IMG/VR virus record: IMGVR_UViG_3300031847_000001
Strand: one strand, 5' to 3'
Origin: an uncultured virus (IMG/VR IMGVR_UViG_3300031847_000001)
Lineage: Duplodnaviria; Heunggongvirae; Uroviricota; Caudoviricetes
DNA: 64,000 nucleotides
How positions within the stretch are numbered: the first letter of the stretch is position 1; every line of letters starts with the position of its first letter. A model generated the notes under the pieces. It saw only the letters and a list, made by a program, of their open reading frames with translations, did no database searches and was not told the origin of the DNA. Shown here piece by piece: positions 9,561-16,923 of this stretch. The position numbers and the translations under genes are program-made.

Positions 9561-9590
9561 TTTACATCGGTGTATCAAAAAGGGTACTCT
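9561..9590 (+). promoter_or_regulatory. Candidate rightward (late) promoter
   Basis: TTTACA-18 bp-TACTCT, preceded by the TTGCAACATTCCAC motif. Confidence 0.4.
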
Positions 9591-9648
9591 GCGCGCGGAT
9601 GCAGATTTCTTTCTTCACAATCGGAAATAAATCGGAGGAAAACCAAAC

Positions 9649-10155
9649 TTGAAAACACTGATCAGAATCGTATCCGTTGCTACCCTCGTTCTTCTCTCCA
9701 TTGCCGTCGCGTCCGCTCAGGACAGAATCAAACTCGGCGCCAACTTCGTCAATTCGGAATTCTCTATCAACCCAATTCAGGGCGTTGAATACCTGCAGGG
9801 CGTAAGCGCTGAACTCGATGCCAGGATCGCCGCGCAGAAGGAAGGCAAAGGCGTGAGGCTGGGCGGGGTGTTCTACTACAAGCGGGACAACTTCACCGCG
9901 CCGACAGACACCTATGCTTTCGGGCCGCGTCTGAGCTACCGCCTTTCAATCTTCGAGCCGTTCGGCCATGCGTTGTTTGGGTTCAACACCACATACAACA
10001 GTGATCGCACATTTACGCGTCTCTACGGCGCCGGGCTGAATCTCAATTTAGGCAATATTTACGTGCGGCCCATTGAGATCAATTATCAGCGCGCCGAGGG
10101 ATTCTTGAGTCCTTCGACGCAAACCTATAGCGCCGGTATAGGAGTGAGATTCTAA
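9649..10155 (+). CDS. Outer-membrane beta-barrel protein (OmpA/Ail/Lom-like size)
   Basis: Sec signal peptide (..VASA/Q), alternating amphipathic strands, C-terminal YSAGIGVRF beta-signal. Confidence 0.8.
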   Translation: MKTLIRIVSVATLVLLSIAVASAQDRIKLGANFVNSEFSINPIQGVEYLQGVSAELDARIAAQKEGKGVRLGGVFYYKRDNFTAPTDTYAFGPRLSYRLSIFEPFGHALFGFNTTYNSDRTFTRLYGAGLNLNLGNIYVRPIEINYQRAEGFLSPSTQTYSAGIGVRF

Positions 10156-10156
10156 G

Positions 10157-10378
10157 ATGGCTGATCCAGCACTCGACGCAATCAATCAGGACAGTAAGAA
10201 GTGGTGGCAGAGCAAGACGATCTGGGGGTTGATTATCACCGGAATCTCTATTGCCGCCCCTAAATATCAACCGATCGCGCAGGCGCTCCCGCAGGGCGTC
10301 GATTTAGTGGCCTCGCTTATCGGTCTTGCGCTTGGCACTTATGGCAGGCTGAAGACCGAGAAGTCTATTACGAAATAA
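10157..10378 (+). CDS. Putative holin
   Basis: 73 aa, KKWWQSKTIWG start, two TM segments, basic C-terminus. Confidence 0.55.
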   Translation: MADPALDAINQDSKKWWQSKTIWGLIITGISIAAPKYQPIAQALPQGVDLVASLIGLALGTYGRLKTEKSITK

Positions 10379-10424
10379 CTAACACGCCCTTCCTCACACT
10401 AACTGGCAATTACTCCTCCAGAAA

Positions 10425-10715
10425 GTGTGGAATATGCAACAAACAGGATCTATGACAATAGGTGACGGAATCATAGGCGCGGTGGCGTCGGGTCTTGTGG
10501 GCTGGTTCGTCGCCTCGGTGACGAAGGTTGGCAGGGGCGAGCATAGGGAACTTCTTCAACGCGTAGACGCGCTTGAAAAGGATTTGACAAGCCGCATGAC
10601 TCGCGCCGAGTTCGCTGAGTCGTTTAGCGAGGTTAAGTCGCTGGTGCGCGAGTTCCGAAGTGAGACAAGAGCCGAGTTCAAAGATTTGAAAAGCGAATTG
10701 AAGCAGAAGACTTGA
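10425..10715 (+). CDS. Single-TM coiled-coil protein (lysis-cassette type)
   Basis: N-terminal TM followed by a heptad-rich region. Confidence 0.6.
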   Translation: MWNMQQTGSMTIGDGIIGAVASGLVGWFVASVTKVGRGEHRELLQRVDALEKDLTSRMTRAEFAESFSEVKSLVREFRSETRAEFKDLKSELKQKT

Positions 10716-10919
10716 GGCTTTCGGCTCCGGGCATGTGACGTGGAGGAATTCGGGGCACACTAACCGCCGCAATCGCCCGGAGCCGAAACTGATACGTTCA
10801 CGCGCAGGATCTCCGCCGTTTCGGGTTGAACGGCTCTCTGCCTGCGCGCCGCGCGGGGATCGAATCTGGCTGAGGTGGTCCCCGCGCCTCACAATTAAAA
10901 CTTCGGCTGCTCTTCCAGT

Positions 10920-11309
10920 ATGGATGATGCGCCTATCAGATACGGGTTTCGTGTATCTGATAGGCGCTTTTTCTTTATGTCAAAACGTGGGACCAGAGGC
11001 GGCAAGGCTAACCGCCATTTTGTACAGCTCGAGAATCAACTTCACTACCTGCCGGCGGCAAAGTGGCACGAGTGGCTGCGCGCCGGCTTGCTGGTCCTCG
11101 TGGTCGGCAACGTCGCGACTCCAACCGCTCCAGGCGTGATGTGGCTCCAGAATGGAGAAGTGCACGAGAAGCAGGAAAAGCCTGCGCCGTTTATGAACCT
11201 GAATTGCCGCGTGATCGAGCGCCACGCCATTTTTGATGTCCGCGGCCCGAAGCTCGACCCGGTGGTATTACAGCGAGAGATTCAACGCGCCTATGGTGGG
11301 CGCAGTTAA
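10920..11309 (+). CDS. Hypothetical protein
   Basis: 129-aa ORF in the late operon direction. Confidence 0.45.
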   Translation: MDDAPIRYGFRVSDRRFFFMSKRGTRGGKANRHFVQLENQLHYLPAAKWHEWLRAGLLVLVVGNVATPTAPGVMWLQNGEVHEKQEKPAPFMNLNCRVIERHAIFDVRGPKLDPVVLQREIQRAYGGRS

Positions 11310-11321
11310 GAGAGGGGAAAT

Positions 11322-11519
11322 ATGGAGAATACAGTGGAAGAGAAAACCCAAATGAACATAGAGATTAGCGCCGACCTGACATATCAGCGCGCCATTCTTA
11401 GGCTGATGGTCGAAGCGTTGACTGCGCCAGATGCGCCGAAGTCGCGCGAGCGTTCGCTTGTGGTGACAAAGCTCCAAGAAGCGCATATGTGGGCAGGTGA
11501 AGCCATGGACAAGGAATAG
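11322..11519 (+). CDS. Acb2/Tad1-like helical hairpin protein (candidate immune-signal sponge)
   Basis: SRERSLVVTKLQEAHMWA matches the SRExSLAxTKLEEAxMW hairpin motif; SD GAGGGG. Confidence 0.55.
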   Translation: MENTVEEKTQMNIEISADLTYQRAILRLMVEALTAPDAPKSRERSLVVTKLQEAHMWAGEAMDKE

Positions 11520-11542
11520 AGACCAAAAGGAGAAATCAACCC

Positions 11543-11758
11543 ATGTGGACGACTGACGACGAACTAGATTACATCAAGCGCATAGGTAACCACTCAGAGA
11601 CCTCACAATTGCGCACCACGAGCCGCAAGATTCAACTGCTCAAGAACTACATTCAAGCCGCTCAAATGCGCTCGCGCTGGGGCGGAATTGATAGCGTGAG
11701 AGTGATAGGCGCCGCGCGTCGGCATTTGGCCGCGCTCGAGGCTGAGGTGGGACAATGA
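11543..11758 (+). CDS. Hypothetical protein
   Basis: SD AAGGAG, coupled to the next gene. Confidence 0.65.
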   Translation: MWTTDDELDYIKRIGNHSETSQLRTTSRKIQLLKNYIQAAQMRSRWGGIDSVRVIGAARRHLAALEAEVGQ

Positions 11759-11985
11759 GCGACGTTCAAAGAATCGAAGCCACCGCGCATAAAATCGCCT
11801 CAATCACAGCCGAAGAGCATGGAGGCGCTATCATTAGGCTCGTTGTCGATCTTCCGCCAGTTCAAGTGGACGCCGAATATATGACCACCTGTAACCCGGT
11901 TGAGGGTGGTTATTACGTGTGCTCCGAAGAAGGTTTCAAAGGGTTTTTGCCTGCCGAGGCCATAGAGAAGCATAGCGATGTCTGA
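11755..11985 (+). CDS. Conserved small phage protein (PxxGGYYV...GxxxFxP motif)
   Basis: VDAEYM...PVEGGYYVCSEEGFKGFLPAEA. Confidence 0.6.
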   Translation: MSDVQRIEATAHKIASITAEEHGGAIIRLVVDLPPVQVDAEYMTTCNPVEGGYYVCSEEGFKGFLPAEAIEKHSDV

Positions 11986-12409
11986 GACGAACGGACACAA
12001 GCCAGCAAAATTGCGCAGACAGCGCAATTATTCAGACAAAGAGAAAGCCGCGGCGTTGGTGATGCTTGATTTCTGCGACGGCAATTTGTCTAAAGCTTCC
12101 AAGCAGTTAGGCATTCCTCTCACCACGTTGAAAGAGTGGAATGATGGCCGCATACCGGACGGTGTTACGGAAACTCGTAATGAGAAAAAGGCCGATCTTG
12201 CCGATTCGCTCGAACAACTGGCATTTGACCTCATTGACAAGGTTAAAACCAGCGAAAAGGCCGGCGGCGTGGACCTGGGAATCGTGATCGACAAGATGCT
12301 GCTGCTCCGTGGCGAGCCTAATTCGATTTCCAAGGATGTCACGCAGGTCTCGCCCGAGCAGCGCCGTGAGCGGATTCTCCAATTGGTCGAAAAGGCAAAA
12401 GTTGCTTGA
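11978..12409 (+). CDS. Terminase small subunit (putative)
   Basis: N-terminal HTH (NLSKASKQLGIPLTTLKEW), directly upstream of and overlapping TerL. Confidence 0.65.
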   Translation: MSETNGHKPAKLRRQRNYSDKEKAAALVMLDFCDGNLSKASKQLGIPLTTLKEWNDGRIPDGVTETRNEKKADLADSLEQLAFDLIDKVKTSEKAGGVDLGIVIDKMLLLRGEPNSISKDVTQVSPEQRRERILQLVEKAKVA

Positions 12410-14118
12410 GCCAGTTTGATCTTTCCAAACTCACAGAGGCTGAAGAGCAAGAACTTGAGACATTGCTGGCCATTGAGGCGCGGACAAGTCGATACTCGCC
12501 CCATGAGCCGACTGAACGGCAAAGGTTGTTTTTTGGACTGCCACACCTTGAGGCGTTTTATGGTGGCGCTGCCGGCGGTGGGAAGTCGGATACGTTGTTG
12601 ATGACCGCGCTTGAACATGCTGATGTTCCGCGATATTCAGCGTTGCTTTTGCGGCGTACATATCAGGATTTAGCAAAGCCGGGGGCGCTTCTCGACCGCG
12701 CGCATTCCTGGCTGAAGGGGACCGGGGCTCAGTGGAATGAGCAGCGTAAACAGTGGCGATTCCCTAACGGTGGCGGTATTCTGGCCTTTGGCTATTTGGA
12801 GAACGATGTCGATGTCTACCAGTACCAATCGGCTGAGTATCAGTTCATTGGATTTGATGAACTGACGCAGTTTACAGAGCGCCAATACACCTATTTATTC
12901 TCTCGCCTGCGCCGACTGAAAGATTCAAATGTTCCGCTAAGGATGCGTTCGGCCAGTAATCCTGGGGGCATTGGCGCTGAATGGGTTCAAGCCCGCTTTA
13001 TTCCAGATGACTGGGCACCGGAAATGAGCTGCGACGTGCGCCACTGGGAGAAGGATGGCCGCGCCTTCGTCCCGGCAAGACTCAAGGATAATCCGCATCT
13101 TGATCAGGCTGGGTATGAGCAATCGCTTGCCAAACTGGACGATGTTACACGCGCGCAATTACTCGAGGGCGACTGGCAGGTCAGAGAGCGCGGGAACATT
13201 TTCCCGATGTTCGAGGATGGGCCGGCGAGCCGCCACGTCATCACCTGGAGCGAGTTTGCGGCTGTCTATGGTCAAAGGCGCATTCCTGAGCATTGGCGCC
13301 GCGCGATCGGTCACGATTGGGGAAGCACTGAAGGACATCCGGCGGTTGTCAGCCTAGTCGCGAGGTCTGCGGCAAATTCAAGTTTTCCCGGCCTTTACTT
13401 TCTTTACTGGGGGCGCACGTTCAAAGAATCGCTTGTGGATCACGTCGCCGAGGTGGTTCAAGCCGAAGTCGCGGAATATCTGCCGATGGTTGAAATATGG
13501 CGGATGTCTCATGAGGCCAAATCGGAGCGCGACACGTACCGCGTGAAGTTCAGCCTTCCCTTTGTGGCGATGAATAGCGGTAAGACGGCTGGGATCGCTC
13601 AGATGCGGCACATGCTGCGAATGCGGAATCTTGATGCGCCGCACCCGTTCAGGCCCGGCCTTTATGGTCATCCCTTGCTATTCTTAGTCGTAGACGACGA
13701 CGAGTTTATCAACCCCAAGACGGACATCGGCCTTGCCCGTCACCGGGCTGAGTTTACGGCATACAAGATCGCAGATACGCCTGTAACGCCGCTTCGAGGT
13801 CAGGCGATCCCGGTTCCTTACAAGTGGTTCGATGACGCGATGGACAGCCTCCGCGGCGTCTTCTGTGAGTGGGGACCGGAGATAACACCGCTTACTGATG
13901 CCGAAAAGATCGAACTCGCGCTACCTGACGGCCTGAAGCGCGAAGCCTTGAACAACATCCCGCCCGGCTTTGACCGCACGATCGGCGAGTTTATGCGCGA
14001 GGTCAAATTAAGCGACCGTAAGAACGAGCAGAAGCGCACGGGCGACAACTGGACAAGTGAGATTATTGACCCAAGCGACGACCCTTGGGATGGAGCCTAT
14101 AAAGACCCAAAATGGTAG
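12406..14118 (+). CDS. terL: Terminase large subunit
   Basis: Walker A YGGAAGGGKS, Walker B IGFDELTQF, coupling motif SASNPGG, nuclease GHDWG and DDAMD. Confidence 0.93.
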   Translation: MSQFDLSKLTEAEEQELETLLAIEARTSRYSPHEPTERQRLFFGLPHLEAFYGGAAGGGKSDTLLMTALEHADVPRYSALLLRRTYQDLAKPGALLDRAHSWLKGTGAQWNEQRKQWRFPNGGGILAFGYLENDVDVYQYQSAEYQFIGFDELTQFTERQYTYLFSRLRRLKDSNVPLRMRSASNPGGIGAEWVQARFIPDDWAPEMSCDVRHWEKDGRAFVPARLKDNPHLDQAGYEQSLAKLDDVTRAQLLEGDWQVRERGNIFPMFEDGPASRHVITWSEFAAVYGQRRIPEHWRRAIGHDWGSTEGHPAVVSLVARSAANSSFPGLYFLYWGRTFKESLVDHVAEVVQAEVAEYLPMVEIWRMSHEAKSERDTYRVKFSLPFVAMNSGKTAGIAQMRHMLRMRNLDAPHPFRPGLYGHPLLFLVVDDDEFINPKTDIGLARHRAEFTAYKIADTPVTPLRGQAIPVPYKWFDDAMDSLRGVFCEWGPEITPLTDAEKIELALPDGLKREALNNIPPGFDRTIGEFMREVKLSDRKNEQKRTGDNWTSEIIDPSDDPWDGAYKDPKW

Positions 14119-15668
14119 ATTTCACAGAGTTTGCTAAATCAATTAAGTACAAGAATTATACGAGCCAATTCGGGGAAGATGGCGTTATTGAGGCTATCTT
14201 TGACAAGATTGGCGCGGCGAATAAATGGTGTGTTGAGTGCGGCGCGTCTGATGGTCTTTTCTTCTCGAATACGCGCAAACTGATCCTGGGGGGATGGGAC
14301 AGTATCCAGATTGAGGCTAATGAAGGTCGGTATCAGAAACTTGCCGAGTTGTACGAGGATACACCCGGCGTTCACACCGTCTGCAAAATGGTTGGCGCCT
14401 CACATAATCAACCCAGTTTTGAGGACATCTTTGCGGATTACCCTGAATTGCCGAAAGACTTCGATCTGTTGATCATTGATGTTGACGGCCAAGATCGGCA
14501 CCTCTGGAATCAACTCACCAATTATCAACCGCGCGTCGTAATTTGCGAGTTTGATCCGAACGCAGATCCTGACTTCGTTCCTATTATTGACGGTCCCGGT
14601 CAGGCCGGCGAGCGCGATGTGTGGCATGTTGCGTTGGCCCGTGGTTATCAGCCTGTTTGTAAGACATGGTGCAACCTGGTGTGTGTCCGCAACGACCTCT
14701 GCCACCTGCTCGGGCAAGAGGTCGAGAAGCGGCACCTACTCGACAGCCTTGGCGCAATGATCCCGGTCAAGGACGACCAGCCAGAGCCAGCGCCGCAACC
14801 GGAATCCTCGGACGTACTCTTTGGTGGATTCACCGAACAGGAATACATCGAGGCCAAGGCCAAGCGTGAGCAGGAAGGCAGATTCATGTTTGCCGCTTGT
14901 ATGAGCACGCCACGATGGGGGCCAGTCAGTACAATGGTTACCATTCAAACGGCGCTCACGGCCTGGAATGTCCCATTTTTCTCTACAGAGGGCGCGTACT
15001 GGCATCACCACATCACCGATGCCATCGAGAAGGGTTTGCGCCTCCATCCTGATGCGATTATCACCTTTGATTACGACTCTCTATTCTGCCCGGCGCCGAC
15101 CGAGAACGACATCGCCAAACTCGTCACATTGCTGGTAGAAAATCCCCACGTGGACGTGATCGCCCCGCTGCAATTACAGCGCGAGGGTGGATTCCTGATT
15201 GCGAATTCAGACAGCGGTGAATTCGAGCTCACCCAGCCTCTGACGCCGGTATGGTTTGCGCACTTCGGCATGACGTTATTTCGCGCCTCTGTCTTCGATC
15301 GCATCAAAAAGCCCTGGTTCTGGGAGAAGCCGAACCCAGAGGGCTCATGGGGCGAAGGGCGCATAGATCCGGACACGGGTTTCTGGCTCAACTGCAAGGA
15401 AGCTGGCATCAAGGTTTGCGTTGCTCTCGATGTAGTCCTTGGGCATGGCGAGTATGGCCCAACATTCCCTGATGATCAATTCAGGCCGATCCGGATGTCG
15501 GGCAATGAATGGCGCAAGAACGGGATGAAGCCGCCGGCTAATGCGTTCAATCGGCATCGCGTGATCGAGGCCGCAATGAATGGAAGCTATGCGGGGGCAA
15601 AGGTGAATGGAGTAGCGCCAGTGGTCGAATATCCTGATTTATTAACTTACAGCAAGGAGCTACAGTGA
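14112..15668 (+). CDS. FkbM-like SAM methyltransferase fused to a GT-A glycosyltransferase-like domain
   Basis: SQFGEDG..VECGASDG..SNT..LLIIDVDG in the N-half; DYD, FGMTLFR..VF, D..F..CKEAG....LGH in the C-half. Confidence 0.7.
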   Translation: MVDFTEFAKSIKYKNYTSQFGEDGVIEAIFDKIGAANKWCVECGASDGLFFSNTRKLILGGWDSIQIEANEGRYQKLAELYEDTPGVHTVCKMVGASHNQPSFEDIFADYPELPKDFDLLIIDVDGQDRHLWNQLTNYQPRVVICEFDPNADPDFVPIIDGPGQAGERDVWHVALARGYQPVCKTWCNLVCVRNDLCHLLGQEVEKRHLLDSLGAMIPVKDDQPEPAPQPESSDVLFGGFTEQEYIEAKAKREQEGRFMFAACMSTPRWGPVSTMVTIQTALTAWNVPFFSTEGAYWHHHITDAIEKGLRLHPDAIITFDYDSLFCPAPTENDIAKLVTLLVENPHVDVIAPLQLQREGGFLIANSDSGEFELTQPLTPVWFAHFGMTLFRASVFDRIKKPWFWEKPNPEGSWGEGRIDPDTGFWLNCKEAGIKVCVALDVVLGHGEYGPTFPDDQFRPIRMSGNEWRKNGMKPPANAFNRHRVIEAAMNGSYAGAKVNGVAPVVEYPDLLTYSKELQ

Positions 15669-15949
15669 CACCGGACCAGATGGAAGCGTGCGCCGAACGC
15701 GCATATGAAATCCTCGCGGCGAACAGCGGCGAAAGAACGCCCTGGGCGGCCAGCAGAAACAAAGGCATGTGGCTCGGTGCCGTCAGAGACCATCACTTGC
15801 ACCCGGACGCCATTGTCCGAAAGGGCGGCGGCAACCAGGTGGAGTGGTGTGTCCAGCAGGCATACGAGGAAATGCAATCGGAAACAACGGCCGAGGCGGC
15901 GCCGCTCGTCGTTCCGCCACCTAGCAAGAAAGGAAATAAAGGCAAATGA
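15665..15949 (+). CDS. Hypothetical protein
   Basis: SD AAGGAG, overlapping stop/start. Confidence 0.65.
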   Translation: MTPDQMEACAERAYEILAANSGERTPWAASRNKGMWLGAVRDHHLHPDAIVRKGGGNQVEWCVQQAYEEMQSETTAEAAPLVVPPPSKKGNKGK

Positions 15950-16272
15950 ACGTAGACTTTTTACAACACGTTAAGCGCGCGCTGAGCGGCTTCAACCAGG
16001 GCGTCAAGATCGGTATCGTTGATTCAACGGTCAACGGGGCCAACACATTCGCGGTTTTCCGCGCTCGCGTGGCTGCGCTCACGGGGCTCGACATCGAAGA
16101 GTCGCAGACACTGCAGACGATTGTGCTGCCGGCGCTGGATGATGGGTTTCTCCTCGGGACTTTGACTGACGCCCGGCTTAACGGTCTGACCACGGTCGCG
16201 GCGGTTCAAGCGCTTTTCACTGCCGATGACAACACGCTGGCCGCCGGTTACGGGGCAATGAACGTCGAATAA
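15946..16272 (+). CDS. Hypothetical protein
   Basis: Coupled ORF. Confidence 0.7.
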   Translation: MNVDFLQHVKRALSGFNQGVKIGIVDSTVNGANTFAVFRARVAALTGLDIEESQTLQTIVLPALDDGFLLGTLTDARLNGLTTVAAVQALFTADDNTLAAGYGAMNVE

Positions 16273-16691
16273 TGTACTTTCGCGGACACGTTGAGGCGCT
16301 TGAAAGCCAGATCGCGTTTCTCAAAGAGCGGCTTGAACTGGCCGAGCGAGAGAAACGCGAGGTCGAGCAGGCGGCGCGTGTTCGGGAGGATGCGCTTTTA
16401 GAGCGTCTTGCGAAGGCTGAAGAGGCTGGGCGCGTCCGAGCTGATGCGCTTCTGGATCGTGTTCTCGCGAAAAACAATGTCTCACCAGTCGCCGAACCTG
16501 TAAGCATCGTTGCGCGTCCCGACATCATCGCTCCTTATGGCGTTGCCGATGCCGACGTGCAAGAGGCTTACAGGGAGTCAACCATTCGCGAGGAAACACA
16601 ATACATTATGAATCGTGATGGTTGCGATGAAGGCACAGCGCGCGCATATGCGGAACAATGGTACGTCGCCCAGTTTCAGGTGATTAAGTGA
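16272..16691 (+). CDS. Coiled-coil hypothetical protein preceding the portal
   Basis: TAATG coupling; heptad pattern. Confidence 0.7.
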   Translation: MYFRGHVEALESQIAFLKERLELAEREKREVEQAARVREDALLERLAKAEEAGRVRADALLDRVLAKNNVSPVAEPVSIVARPDIIAPYGVADADVQEAYRESTIREETQYIMNRDGCDEGTARAYAEQWYVAQFQVIK

Positions 16692-16698
16692 TCTCGGT

Positions 16699-16923
16699 AT
16701 GCTGAATTTCAAGATCATGGGCAAACAAGAACGCTGGTTCAATCGAGACAGATACGAGCGGGAATGTCGGGAATGGCAGGAGATCCGAACCCCGAAGCCG
16801 ATTTCAGTCAAGATCGAGAACTTGAATGGGATGTTGGCAGCGGGGCCGGTCGTGATTTTGCCCGGACCGAGGCTGATTCCCCTGCGTAGGTTTCTTGCCA
16901 CTGCGGATTTAGCAACATCGTGA
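16699..16923 (+). CDS. Hypothetical protein
   Basis: Fills the gap and overlaps the portal start (GTGA). Confidence 0.45.
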   Translation: MLNFKIMGKQERWFNRDRYERECREWQEIRTPKPISVKIENLNGMLAAGPVVILPGPRLIPLRRFLATADLATS

